A DNA stretch of 38,975 nt from a virus. Lineage: Duplodnaviria > Caudoviricetes. This document shows positions 9,205-19,037 of the stretch, in pieces; within the stretch, counting starts at the first letter, position 1, and the number at the start of each line of letters is the position of its first letter. Below the pieces are notes generated by a model, which was not told where the DNA came from, ran no database searches, and worked only from the letters and a program-made list of their open reading frames with translations. Both the position numbers and the translations under genes were made by a program. The DNA is taken from the IMG/VR virus record IMGVR_UViG_3300005804_000002, positions 1 through 38,975 of that record, one strand, 5' to 3'.

Positions 9205-10167
9205 ATGGGGTACAACGCTTATATTTGTCCTGATGGCAAGACCTGCCTGATCGATGACTGCTTAAAGAAGTGTCGCCTTGGAGAAGGGTTTGAGGCAGGG
9301 CGATGCCTATCACGCCGGACACTAAAGCGAATGGCGCAACAAAGAGAGTGGACAGGGTTACCATCAACGACACAGTGCATTAGTGGTACTCGATGTGAGT
9401 ATCTAAAGATCAAACACACTTACGCAGTAAACCCTCAAGATTTGGTCTTTGCTCTTTTTGGTACTGGTGTTCACTCGGTGCTTGAGCAGGTAGAGCTTGA
9501 AGGTGCGGTATCTGAGGAGAGATTGAGCAGCGAACATTCTTCTGGCGCATATGACTTGTACGATGAAGAAGAGGGTGGAATCCTGTACGATGTCAAAACA
9601 TATGGCAGCTATAAGACGCAGAAGGTTCTTGGTTTAAAGAAAGTTAAAGTCCCAATCTTGGATGAGAACGGCAAGCAGCGCAAGTATCGCAATGGGAGGT
9701 TAATGTTCAACACTTATTGGGAAATTGGACGCAGGGAACGAAGTGAGCTTGCATACCAGTTAAATGATTATCGCATGAAACTTGAGGCCAATGGCAAACC
9801 AGTTAAGGCGATCATCGCAGAGATCATTACGAGGGATGCAGGAACACATTCAGCAAGGGATCGTGGAATCTTCACCAATGCACAGTTGGTCAAGATCAAT
9901 AAAATCTCGGATCGATGGATCGGCAGATACTTCGCCAAGAAGTCAAATGACCTGATTCATGCGGTAGAAACAGACACGATGCCTCCAGTGTGCAAACCCA
10001 AAGAAAGATGGGGAGGGAAGAGGATCAAGAATCCAGACGGAACTTATACGCATACGCCTGGAATGAAGTGTGAACGGTTTTGCCCTGTGTGGATGCATTG
10101 TGAGCTTGGGATCATGGCGAAAAATCAAGCAAAGAGCGAGGATGGTGGGGATGACAGAGCAGCGTAG
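9205..10167 (+). CDS. PD-(D/E)XK Cas4/AddB-like exonuclease
   Basis: GTGVHSVLE, SGAYDLYD, LYDVKT, QLNDY, C-terminal CERFCPVWMHC. Confidence 0.78.
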   Translation: MGYNAYICPDGKTCLIDDCLKKCRLGEGFEAGRCLSRRTLKRMAQQREWTGLPSTTQCISGTRCEYLKIKHTYAVNPQDLVFALFGTGVHSVLEQVELEGAVSEERLSSEHSSGAYDLYDEEEGGILYDVKTYGSYKTQKVLGLKKVKVPILDENGKQRKYRNGRLMFNTYWEIGRRERSELAYQLNDYRMKLEANGKPVKAIIAEIITRDAGTHSARDRGIFTNAQLVKINKISDRWIGRYFAKKSNDLIHAVETDTMPPVCKPKERWGGKRIKNPDGTYTHTPGMKCERFCPVWMHCELGIMAKNQAKSEDGGDDRAA

Positions 10168-10237
10168 TGAAGCAGTGGTGTTATTTTTTATGCCTCGACA
10201 TATGCTTGGTATGCATAAAAATATGTGAGGTGTAGAT

Positions 10238-10852
10238 ATGAGGAAAAACTTTATTTTGGTTGGTGCGATGGCCTCCGGCAAAGATGAAGTTGCAAAAATT
10301 ATGCGAGGATATTTAAGGGTTGCCTTTGGTGATGAAATACGAGCCATCGCCAAAGCTCTTCGCATCGATGGAGTTGATAGAGCATACTGTTGCTTGTGCA
10401 GACTGTTTGATTATCGGCCTCCCGGTGACTTGCGTGAAAAGCTTCAAGGGATGCAGAACATTCCAAAGCGCAACGAAAAGGACAGAGAGCTGCTACAAGA
10501 GCTAGGCACTTACTGCAGAATGCACTATGATCTAATCTGGGTCAGAACAGTCCTAGATAAGATTAGTAAGGACTCCAATTATGTCATCACTGATTGTCGT
10601 AGGCGAACCGAGCTAGAGTCTTGTTTGCAAGAAGGATTTGTTCCGATCTACATTGATGCCGATCTTGAGATTCGCAAGCAGAGACTGCTTGATCGTGATG
10701 GTGGTTACGACGAAAAGGCCTTCTCCCATGTTGCTGAAATTGAAATACCAGAGTTGAGGCATTCATGCAAGTGGTTTATTGAGAATAATGGCACACGAGA
10801 GGAGCTTGCCGAAAAAGTAAAAGCTATTTTGAAAGCAGAGGGTGTATTTTAA
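10238..10852 (+). CDS. Deoxynucleoside monophosphate kinase-like P-loop kinase
   Basis: GAMASGKD, RELLQELGT, VITDCR, IENNGT. Confidence 0.8.
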   Translation: MRKNFILVGAMASGKDEVAKIMRGYLRVAFGDEIRAIAKALRIDGVDRAYCCLCRLFDYRPPGDLREKLQGMQNIPKRNEKDRELLQELGTYCRMHYDLIWVRTVLDKISKDSNYVITDCRRRTELESCLQEGFVPIYIDADLEIRKQRLLDRDGGYDEKAFSHVAEIEIPELRHSCKWFIENNGTREELAEKVKAILKAEGVF

Positions 10853-11055
10853 TGGCGTTTGTTCAAATTACCGAACCTAAGTATAAATGGGTATGCGATG
10901 TTTGTGGCAAAGATATTGAGGTGTTTGGCGACATGGTTACAATTAAGATCACAAGCCATAAAACAGGTCATATCAACACCGTTCATGCCCATGATGGTTG
11001 CTTGATTGGGAAAGGTATTGTGAATTTCTTGCCATCCAATCAGGAGGTGGCGTAG
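10852..11055 (+). CDS. Small CxxC protein
   Basis: CDVCG...HDGC; TAATG overlap with upstream gene. Confidence 0.65.
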   Translation: MAFVQITEPKYKWVCDVCGKDIEVFGDMVTIKITSHKTGHINTVHAHDGCLIGKGIVNFLPSNQEVA

Positions 11056-11433
11056 GTAGAGATCAATCTCACTTTGCCAGTAGTCCCATCGGTCAATCAC
11101 TGCTATACCAACACACGATTTGGATCAAGGGTATTAACAAAGAAAGGCAAGGCGTGGAAGGAGTTAGCACAACGGATCGCACGAGAGGAAGTTGTGCGCC
11201 AGGGTTGGCAGTTTATCAAGGGGCAGAAAGTGGTAATGGAAATATTGGCCTTCTACCCTGATGCCAGAAAAAGAGACATGAGTAATATGCACAAACTATT
11301 ACCTGACTCACTGGAGGGCATACTGTTTGATGACGATAGGTGGCTACTAATTAGAGATATTGACTTCTCTGTGGATCGGCAAAATCCAAGAGTTGAAGTT
11401 AAACTATATCCGCATGAGGAGGATGTGACTTGA
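11056..11433 (+). CDS. rusA: RusA-family Holliday junction resolvase (start uncertain, 11056 or 11074)
   Basis: LPVVPSVNH...PDARKRDMSN..K...DSLEGILFDDD..NPRVEV. Confidence 0.88.
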   Translation, partial: VEINLTLPVVPSVNHCYTNTRFGSRVLTKKGKAWKELAQRIAREEVVRQGWQFIKGQKVVMEILAFYPDARKRDMSNMHKLLPDSLEGILFDDDRWLLIRDIDFSVDRQNPRVEVKLYPHEEDVT

Positions 11434-11690
11434 AGATTACAATGCACCCAACTGGGGTTGTTGTTCCAAATGAGGTAGGAGAGAAGATTCACGATGTGTT
11501 TCCAGTTGATGAGGCTGTGAACTACTTCCTGCCACTCACAACAAATAATGTTCAAGTGGTGTTCTTTGGCGATATTCTTGACGAATCATTTACTGTGAAT
11601 AGGATCGAGGTGAATGGTTATCCGCTAGACGAGGAAACAATCAACGATATTATTAAAGTGCTGAAAATTAACTACAAAAAGGGAGAATGA
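11430..11690 (+). CDS. Hypothetical protein
   Basis: RBS GAGGAGG; TTGA overlap. Confidence 0.6.
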   Translation: MKITMHPTGVVVPNEVGEKIHDVFPVDEAVNYFLPLTTNNVQVVFFGDILDESFTVNRIEVNGYPLDEETINDIIKVLKINYKKGE

Positions 11691-11694
11691 TTTA

Positions 11695-11934
11695 ATGAGC
11701 GAAAATGGAGTGCAGTTTATGAAATTTATTGAGAACATTGAACGATTGCAGCGAGAAGTTATTGCAGCAAAGGTGACTGTGAATGCGATTGTCATGCATT
11801 TGGGTGGTCAAGTTAAGCTGCAGAAGGATGATTACGAAAAAGGCCTCAAGCATATCTTGAAGTTTGAAGAGGATGAAAGCACAGGCGAAATGATCATTAC
11901 GGCAATGCCAATGGAGGAGAAAAAAGAAGAGTAG
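11695..11934 (+). CDS. Hypothetical protein
   Basis: RBS GGGAG; operon context. Confidence 0.6.
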   Translation: MSENGVQFMKFIENIERLQREVIAAKVTVNAIVMHLGGQVKLQKDDYEKGLKHILKFEEDESTGEMIITAMPMEEKKEE

Positions 11935-11979
11935 GCAGTTTTTATTTCCCTCGAAATATGCATAGCGTGAATAATAATA

Positions 11980-12008
11980 TTGACAAAACGAATAATGTGT
12001 GGTATAAT
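11980..12008 (+). promoter_or_regulatory. Consensus sigma-A promoter for RNR operon
   Basis: TTGACA-17-TATAAT with TGn. Confidence 0.8.
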
Positions 12009-12068
12009 ATGTATGTGGTTGAGGGGAGTAACCCTTGATCACATACATCCTAGAATTAGGAGGTCATA

Positions 12069-14387
12069 ATGAGATCAAACACGAATCAGTTTGAAAACTG
12101 GTGGGATACAAAAATTGGTTCGGAGATTTTAAGAAAAAAGTATATGCACGAAGGCGAAACCGAATCATATGATGTGTCGGCAAGGTTGGCCGGGATTTTC
12201 TCATCCGACAAGCTGCATGACGATATGATTGATGCGTTTCATAATGCAGACTTTTTCCCAGGTGGGCGAAGCATTTATGGAGCAGGGAGCAAGGGCAAAT
12301 TCAAGGCAAGTATGTCGAACTGCTACATCTGCCCAATGCCGAATGATAACATCGAGGATATCTTTGAGGTTGCCAAGAAAACAGCTCGTATTTTCAGCTA
12401 CGGTGGTGGCGTTGGCATCAATATCAGCAATCTTCGTCCATCGGGTGCGGTGGTAAACAACGCTGCCAGAACAAGTACCGGGGCAGTGAGCTTTATGCAA
12501 ATCTTCGATTCCGTTGGCAATGTCATCGGGGCAAATAATCGCAGGGCAGCTCTCATCTTAGGCTTGAATTGCGATCATCCCGATATTGAAGAATTCCTGA
12601 CGATCAAGCAAAACAATACTGCGATTCAGTCAGCGAATATCTCGATCTTATTTACAAATGAGTTTATGCAAGCCGTTCAAAGTGGCGATAACTTTGAATT
12701 GCGGTTTGTAGTTGAATCAACAGGCGAGGTTATCAAGAAGACGATTAATGCAAGGGACTTCTTTATGGAGTTTGCAAAGGTCAACCATGACTGGGCAGAG
12801 CCGGGATGCCTCTTCATTGATCGAATACGATCTTACAATCTTTTGGCAGGTTATCCGAAAGAGCTATATAAGATCGACATCAGTAATCCATGCGCCGAGT
12901 ATGTGGGAAATGCCTATAATAGCTGCAATCTTGGTTCACTGAACCTCTACAATGTGGTCGATGATCCCTTCACTCCACAGGCCAAAATCAACTATGAAAA
13001 GCTTGCATCTTTTATTAAGCTTGGCGTTGAGGCCTTGGATGAAATCTTGGATTATGGTGCTGAAATGCAGCCACTTCAAGAAAACAAGGATTGCATCCAT
13101 GACTGGAGAGCAATCGGTCTTGGTGTGTTTGGTCTAGCAGATATGCTTGTGGCTCTTGGCGTGAAGTACGGTAGCCATGCATCATGCAATCTTGTAGATG
13201 CGGTAATGCGCTTCGTAATGAATGAGGCGGTTAAAGCCTCTGCTGAGTTGGCGAGAACGAAGGGTACTTTTGGTAAGTATGACTATAAGTATGTAAGCAA
13301 GTCGCCGATCCTAAAAGCACTGCCTGTCGAAACTCAAAAACTGGTTGAGAAATACGGCCTACGCAATGGAAGTCTGCTGAGTATTGCACCAACAGGTACA
13401 ATCAGCACAATGTGTGGTGTTAGCGGTGGCGTAGAACCGATCTTCGCAATCAGCTACGAGCGCACAACCCATGCCTTGAGTAACAAGAATCATTTCTTCA
13501 AGGTGTATGCCAAGTCGGTTGAGGCACTGCTCAGATTTAATGGTATTGATCCGCAACAAATCACGGATGAAGAGATAAAAGCCAGATTCCCCTTCGTGGT
13601 TGCATCTCACGACATCGATCCGCTTGATCGGGTTCGAGTTCAAGCAGCGATGCAGAAGTGGGTTGACAATGCGATCAGCAGTACGGTTAACCTCAAAGAA
13701 GAGGCCACGGTACAGGATGTTTTCGATACCTATCTGCTAGCTTGGCAACTTGGATGCAAGGGATTGACGATCTTCAGAAATGGCTGTGCAAGAAATGCAA
13801 TCTTGGTCACCAAGAAGAATGAAGATGAGCCGAAGATTGAGAGTGAGAGCAACAGTGCAAGCATGGTCAAATTCAACTCCATTTCCCCGGTTAAGCGTGG
13901 CAATATTAACCGTGTTGATGGCAGCACGATTGTTCGGCATACGGCTTGTGTACCAAACCTCTATACTACTGTAAACAATCTTAATGGCAATATCTTTGAG
14001 GTGTTCACCAATGTTTCAAGCGGTTGTCGGTCGAACATTAATACGATCACTCGGCTTGTATCGCTAGCACTTCGCTCTGGGGTTAAAGTTGAGGAAGTAA
14101 TTGCCGAGTTAAAAGCAAATGTTTGTCCGGCTTGCAGTGTCCTTAAGCAGCAGGGGCGAAAAGAGATTGCATCTAGCTGCGGTGGATCGATTGGCGAGGC
14201 AATTGAGGAGGTCTACAAGACCCTACAGAATAAGCAAGCAGCATTAGTTGTTGAAGTGCCATTGGTTCATAGCGCAGATCAAATCGAGAACGGCTTGCTG
14301 CCATGCCCCCAATGCAATGAAAAAACACTTCGTCCAGAGGGGAGATGCTTCAATTGTAGCTCTTGCGGATATAGTAAATGCGAGTAA
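12069..14387 (+). CDS. nrdJ: Class II (B12-dependent) ribonucleotide reductase
   Basis: SNCY, GGGVG, RRAA, NPCAE, CNLGSLNL, IAPTGT, KGLTIFR; C-terminal Zn ribbon; no adjacent beta subunit. Confidence 0.93.
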   Translation: MRSNTNQFENWWDTKIGSEILRKKYMHEGETESYDVSARLAGIFSSDKLHDDMIDAFHNADFFPGGRSIYGAGSKGKFKASMSNCYICPMPNDNIEDIFEVAKKTARIFSYGGGVGINISNLRPSGAVVNNAARTSTGAVSFMQIFDSVGNVIGANNRRAALILGLNCDHPDIEEFLTIKQNNTAIQSANISILFTNEFMQAVQSGDNFELRFVVESTGEVIKKTINARDFFMEFAKVNHDWAEPGCLFIDRIRSYNLLAGYPKELYKIDISNPCAEYVGNAYNSCNLGSLNLYNVVDDPFTPQAKINYEKLASFIKLGVEALDEILDYGAEMQPLQENKDCIHDWRAIGLGVFGLADMLVALGVKYGSHASCNLVDAVMRFVMNEAVKASAELARTKGTFGKYDYKYVSKSPILKALPVETQKLVEKYGLRNGSLLSIAPTGTISTMCGVSGGVEPIFAISYERTTHALSNKNHFFKVYAKSVEALLRFNGIDPQQITDEEIKARFPFVVASHDIDPLDRVRVQAAMQKWVDNAISSTVNLKEEATVQDVFDTYLLAWQLGCKGLTIFRNGCARNAILVTKKNEDEPKIESESNSASMVKFNSISPVKRGNINRVDGSTIVRHTACVPNLYTTVNNLNGNIFEVFTNVSSGCRSNINTITRLVSLALRSGVKVEEVIAELKANVCPACSVLKQQGRKEIASSCGGSIGEAIEEVYKTLQNKQAALVVEVPLVHSADQIENGLLPCPQCNEKTLRPEGRCFNCSSCGYSKCE

Positions 14388-14478
14388 TTTTTTTGCCTGA
14401 CTTTATGCGCTGTATGCATAAAATATTAACGGTGGTTGATTTACTCAACCACCTGTCCCGAAAGGGATTGGAGGTAAC

Positions 14479-15681
14479 ATGGAGATTGATTTGCTTGATT
14501 TAACTCCTATGACAGCAAAAACTTGCCCAAGAAAGATTCCTCATAAGCGTACAATCGCTGAAGAGAAGTTCGATGGGTATAGGGAGTTGATGGTCATCGA
14601 GAATACAGGAAATACAATGCTATCAAGGTCTTTGAAAAACAACACGGCATTGTTACCGCACTTAGCAAAGCATCAAGCTCCGTTCTTGGAAGGCACTGTA
14701 TTAGATGGCGAATTGGTTTCACCAACTGGCTTATTTGAAGACTTGCGAGGTATGTGTGGCAATGGTACGCTGCCGGAAACTGCCATTAAGAATCAACAAG
14801 AGAAGGGTTGGGTGCATTTCAAAGCATTCGATATTCTCTACTGGCGAGGGCAGGATGTTCGCAGCGAGCCTTGGTGGAAAAGAAGAGAGCTTATGGTAAA
14901 GGCCGTAACGATCTTTGATCACGCAGCGGTTAAGCCAGTAGACATCTTCACAACGCAAGAAACAGCACTAGAAATGTGCAAGCTTTATCAAATCCCCATG
15001 ATTAAGGAAGTGTACGGCACAATCATTGTCGATGACTACAAAGCACTTCTTGAGGAAATGTGGAGTCGTGGCAAGGAAGGTTTGATGATAAAAGATATCT
15101 ATGGTATCTACGAGCCAAAGAGATCAAAGTCAGTGCTGAAATTAAAATCGGTTAAAACATACGATGTGATTATCACAGGATTTCAAAAGCCAAAAAGAGA
15201 GTTTGAAGGCAAGACAGATTTGAGCCTGTGGCCTTATTGGGAGGATTCACAAGGAAGAATATCGACTTCGGGAATGTTTAATGATCCTACTGTCGAGCAA
15301 TGGCCTGTAACGAAACCACACGCACTTGGATATGTTGGTGCTATCGAGTTTGGCGTTTATAAGACAGTGGCTTGGATGGATATAATTAGTGGCAAGGTGT
15401 TTCCGCTAGAAGAAGATGATTTTGACGGCATCTCATTCGACTATATTATGCCAGTGAGAGAACTGGTTAAGGTTGGTGAATGCCGGGGATTAACGGATGA
15501 AACCTGCGAGATGATTAAGCAGCATGATCCGAAAGACTTGATCGGCGAGGTGATAGAAGTAAAAGCACAGGGGATTTATGACAAGGAGAAAGGTACGCTG
15601 CGCCATCCACGATTCAGCAGATGGAGGCCGGACAAGCTAGGCGATGAATGCACTTGGGAAAATCACCTGGAGGTTGGATAA
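14479..15681 (+). CDS. ATP-dependent DNA ligase
   Basis: EEKFDGYR, VLDGEL, AFDIL, EGLMIK, LKLK, LRHPRF. Confidence 0.92.
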   Translation: MEIDLLDLTPMTAKTCPRKIPHKRTIAEEKFDGYRELMVIENTGNTMLSRSLKNNTALLPHLAKHQAPFLEGTVLDGELVSPTGLFEDLRGMCGNGTLPETAIKNQQEKGWVHFKAFDILYWRGQDVRSEPWWKRRELMVKAVTIFDHAAVKPVDIFTTQETALEMCKLYQIPMIKEVYGTIIVDDYKALLEEMWSRGKEGLMIKDIYGIYEPKRSKSVLKLKSVKTYDVIITGFQKPKREFEGKTDLSLWPYWEDSQGRISTSGMFNDPTVEQWPVTKPHALGYVGAIEFGVYKTVAWMDIISGKVFPLEEDDFDGISFDYIMPVRELVKVGECRGLTDETCEMIKQHDPKDLIGEVIEVKAQGIYDKEKGTLRHPRFSRWRPDKLGDECTWENHLEVG

Positions 15682-15794
15682 TGGCGAAGGTCAAAGAGTT
15701 AATTAACAAGCTTACCTGCTTGGTTTTTGGTCATCAATTCCTACCATACGAGTTCACGCAATGTCAACGATGCAAAAAGTGGAAAAATAAATGA
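15681..15794 (+). CDS. Small C..GH..CxRC prophage protein (37 aa)
   Basis: RBS GGAGGT; CLVFGH...CQRC; TAATG overlap. Confidence 0.6.
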   Translation: MAKVKELINKLTCLVFGHQFLPYEFTQCQRCKKWKNK

Positions 15795-15806
15795 GGAAGG
15801 TGTAAT

Positions 15807-16070
15807 ATGTTGGGTTTCTTTGCGAGTTTTGTAGATTGGATCAATTGGGATCGGTTTGGTGAGTTAACATTCTGGCAAAAATCTAAGGTGATCATTCGGT
15901 TAATGTGGGCGATCCTGATGTTTTGGGTGGTAATCTTCCCGATTCTGCTTGTTGTTGGGTTGACGAGTCTGGTGCAAAAAGCCATTGAAAAGACCCTTGG
16001 TGCTATCATTTGGTTGGTTACACATGACCGATATCTTAGTGCGGTATGCGATTCTGTGATTGATAACTAA
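15807..16070 (+). CDS. Small membrane protein
   Basis: Hydrophobic segment; RBS AAGGTG. Confidence 0.55.
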   Translation: MLGFFASFVDWINWDRFGELTFWQKSKVIIRLMWAILMFWVVIFPILLVVGLTSLVQKAIEKTLGAIIWLVTHDRYLSAVCDSVIDN

Positions 16071-16095
16071 TTATTGATAGCGAGGTATTGTAGCA

Positions 16096-16707
16096 ATGAA
16101 TTCGGTTAAGGCAACATTGGTTTCATATACGCCAAACTATCTGGATGTGCTTACAGGGGCGATCTCCAAATGCTATGAGAAAAAGGCCGGAGTGAAAACC
16201 CTAATGAAGCATTGCATCGAGGCCGGACACTTAAGTGTTCTTGAGCATATTAACATTACTCTCGACCTGGAGTTCTCATTCGGTGTTTTAGGACAATTTA
16301 CTCGGCATCGGCATATGTCGCCAACCGTGAAATCAACCAGAGGCGCAGACTTCAACGAAGAGTTTTACACGCCGACAGGCATTATCAGTAGTCCATTCCT
16401 TATGGAATATATTGATCATCAGCTAGCGTCATTTGCGCTATATAAGAAGATGATCGCCGGGGGCATTGCTCATCAAGATGCAGCATATGTATTAACGAGA
16501 GCAACAATGACCAAGCTTCGAGTTACGGCAAATGGCAGAGTATGGTGGGAGTATCTACCCAAGAGATTGTGCAGCAGGGCGATGCCAGAGCATATTGAAG
16601 TAGCAAGCCTTATTCAACAAGAGCTTGCGAAGGCAATGCCAGAAATCTTTGATCGCAATTTTAAGAACTGTGATAAATGCACCGAACTAAGCTGTTCGTT
16701 TCATTAA
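16096..16707 (+). CDS. thyX: FAD-dependent thymidylate synthase
   Basis: GHLSVLEH and RHRx7S (RHRHMSPTVKS) motifs. Confidence 0.9.
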   Translation: MNSVKATLVSYTPNYLDVLTGAISKCYEKKAGVKTLMKHCIEAGHLSVLEHINITLDLEFSFGVLGQFTRHRHMSPTVKSTRGADFNEEFYTPTGIISSPFLMEYIDHQLASFALYKKMIAGGIAHQDAAYVLTRATMTKLRVTANGRVWWEYLPKRLCSRAMPEHIEVASLIQQELAKAMPEIFDRNFKNCDKCTELSCSFH

Positions 16708-16757
16708 TCATGCCTTTCGATATGCATAGTATCAATAAAATATGAAGGGTGGTAAGT

Positions 16758-17042
16758 ATGGCTAGGTGCAACATGAAAACTGTTGCCGAAAGAGTCCTTG
16801 ATATTTGCTTGAAAAATCCAGACTTTATTGGAAACCACAATAAGATCATTTTCTCCTACTGGAGTACCTATGATAAAGAGCTTAAAACACCAGTACTGAC
16901 AATCACAAGAAGCTATCAGAAGCTTTGTGAAACAGGCAAGATTCCTCTTACAGATGAGCAGAAAGCTGCCAGACATAAACGGCAAAAGCCATATAAAGAT
17001 TTCTTCTGTGGCTATGAGCCAATCTCATTATTTGCTAATTAA
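16758..17042 (+). CDS. Hypothetical protein
   Basis: ORF between thyX and dut. Confidence 0.6.
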   Translation: MARCNMKTVAERVLDICLKNPDFIGNHNKIIFSYWSTYDKELKTPVLTITRSYQKLCETGKIPLTDEQKAARHKRQKPYKDFFCGYEPISLFAN

Positions 17043-17057
17043 CGGAGGTAATGACTA

Positions 17058-17579
17058 ATGAAAAAAATCAATGTAAAAATCGCAAAAACCAACAAGGACG
17101 CTGTAATTCCTGCTTACGCCACGAGTGGCTCGGCTTGCTTTGACTTAGTGGCTGTTGAGGATGTTGTTGTTACGCCGGGCAGCACAGCACTGATTAAGAC
17201 AGGCTTAAAAGTTGAAGTGCCGGAGGGTTATAAGTTGGCAATCTATCCTCGGTCAGGCATCTCGCTTAAAACGCCTCTTCGGATGGGGAATAGCGTAGGC
17301 CAGGTTGATTCTGATTATCGTGGTGAGGTTGGCGTAATCATTCAAAATACTGGTATCTATAGTCCGTACAATATGCCGTTGGCTATGACGATTGATAATA
17401 AACCGTTTGAACTGGAAGGGCAAGTGCCGATTGGCAGCTATATTATCCGCAAAGGTGATCGAATTGCACAGGGCGCTATTGAACAAGTAATCCAAGCAGC
17501 GTTTGAGATTGTTACCGATCAAGAGCTTAGTGAAACGGATCGTGGTCAAGGTGGGTTTGGATCAAGTGGCATTCGATAA
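17058..17579 (+). CDS. dut: Trimeric dUTPase
   Basis: ACFDL, PRSG, GQVDSDYRGE, GDRIAQ, RGQGGFGSSG. Confidence 0.95.
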   Translation: MKKINVKIAKTNKDAVIPAYATSGSACFDLVAVEDVVVTPGSTALIKTGLKVEVPEGYKLAIYPRSGISLKTPLRMGNSVGQVDSDYRGEVGVIIQNTGIYSPYNMPLAMTIDNKPFELEGQVPIGSYIIRKGDRIAQGAIEQVIQAAFEIVTDQELSETDRGQGGFGSSGIR

Positions 17580-17620
17580 TTACTGACTAAACGATAATTG
17601 ATAAAATGGAGGAATGTAGA

Positions 17621-18172
17621 ATGTTTTTTGCCGGACAAAAAGTGATTATTGTGAAGAACTCTGATTGCAAGGAAATGGATAAATACAATGGGGCGGTTGG
17701 CACAGTGGCAGCGTTTAATCCTAATGGTGGCTACTTGGTAAAGATGAATGACGGAGTAGCTATGTGGAAACATGAGGATGAGCTTAAATTAGCCCCGGCT
17801 GACCATGATGAAATCGAAGCTCACATGGATGCTGTGGCGCAAGAGCTTAAGAAGGCCGTAAGTGAGTACAATGCGAAGCATGGCACAGAGATTTTCCTAC
17901 ATCAGGCAGGACTTGGTGTAAAGCGCAAAAGCGATCATATTGAAGAGGAACAGCCCGACGAACAGGCAGCAAATGAGATTATTCAAGCGATTCAAAAGAT
18001 GCTTGAAGAGAATACAGTTCCATTTGAAGACAATGAGTTTTTGGACGAAGAACCTGACTACTACGAAGTTCTAGTAGAAACGGCAGACAAGGAGGATATT
18101 GCAGCAGTAATTGATGCGCTAGCACCGCTTGGCTTTGAGGTCATTGTCCGTCCTGTTCGAGGTGATGAGTAA
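17621..18172 (+). CDS. Acidic hypothetical protein with SH3/KOW-like N-terminus
   Basis: RBS GGAGGA; FAGQKVII..GTV. Confidence 0.6.
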   Translation: MFFAGQKVIIVKNSDCKEMDKYNGAVGTVAAFNPNGGYLVKMNDGVAMWKHEDELKLAPADHDEIEAHMDAVAQELKKAVSEYNAKHGTEIFLHQAGLGVKRKSDHIEEEQPDEQAANEIIQAIQKMLEENTVPFEDNEFLDEEPDYYEVLVETADKEDIAAVIDALAPLGFEVIVRPVRGDE

Positions 18173-18710
18173 TGACAAAGCTGCCTGTTGTTAACCTTTT
18201 TGGTCAACCGAATGCAGGAAAGTCAACGATCCAAGGCGATGTGTTCTCAATATTAAAACGAGCCGGGGTAAATTGTGAGATGGTTCGTGAGTTCGCCAAG
18301 GAGCTAGTATGGCGAAACGATTTGGAAACACTGGCAAATCAGATTTATGTATTCGGCGAACAACAGCGCAGACAAAATGAATTGTCGGTAAGGTGGAGGT
18401 TGCAATTAGCGACTCTCCACTTCTCCTATCAATTATTTACGATATTGAAAAATGCCCCGATTTGGCAAAGCTAGTATGGGCAACATTCAATAAATATGAC
18501 AATCTCAACTTCGTCATCATCCGATCAGACTCTAAGCCATATGACAAGAGAGGCAGACTGCAGACTGAGGAAGAGGCAGAAGCAAAGCATAATGAGATTC
18601 TTCAACTGCTAGTGGACAATAACATTCCGTTCCAGACTTGTTATGGCGATGGCGAAGAAACAATCAATAAGATCGTAAGCAGCACATTAAAACACATAGG
18701 GAGGTTATAA
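18172..18710 (+). pseudogene. NadR/AAA_28-like P-loop kinase split by a frameshift near 18378
   Basis: VNLFGQPNAGKST..EFAKELVW in one frame; GKVEVAISDSPLL...GRLQTEEEA in the -1 frame. Confidence 0.75.
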
Positions 18711-19037
18711 ATGATCCACTATTTCCAGACGATGGATAAGCACCTTGATTACTATAGGTGGGCTATTGAGGGAGATAGAGAGCTTGCGGAGAGATACCTG
18801 CATGGTCTTTTTGTAGATGTAAGATATGTAAACTCTAAAGAGGAAGACCCATATGCCAAAGGGAAGAAGGTGCTACCCAATGGTTTGATTGTTCGTGATT
18901 GCAGGTTTTCTTACACCTTCAAAAGCCAAAGAAATCCGAACCACTTACGCACAAACACATTGCCAACCGACTCCAGGCATAAGCAACTTGGGGGTGATGG
19001 GCGTGGACAGACTAGCAGCCCTGCTGCAGGATATTGA
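18711..19037 (+). CDS. Hypothetical protein
   Basis: RBS GGAGGT. Confidence 0.6.
   Translation: MIHYFQTMDKHLDYYRWAIEGDRELAERYLHGLFVDVRYVNSKEEDPYAKGKKVLPNGLIVRDCRFSYTFKSQRNPNHLRTNTLPTDSRHKQLGGDGRGQTSSPAAGY

Noticed and set aside
9205-10167. Cas4-like nuclease as evidence of CRISPR-Cas
   Set aside because: No repeat-spacer array or other cas genes seen; solo Cas4-like exonucleases are common in phage recombination modules
12010-12068. Cobalamin riboswitch before nrdJ
   Set aside because: Leader is only ~55 nt and lacks B12-box motifs
12069-15681. Inteins or introns in RNR or ligase
   Set aside because: ORFs are continuous with normal motif spacing; no intein HN-C/S/T junction seen
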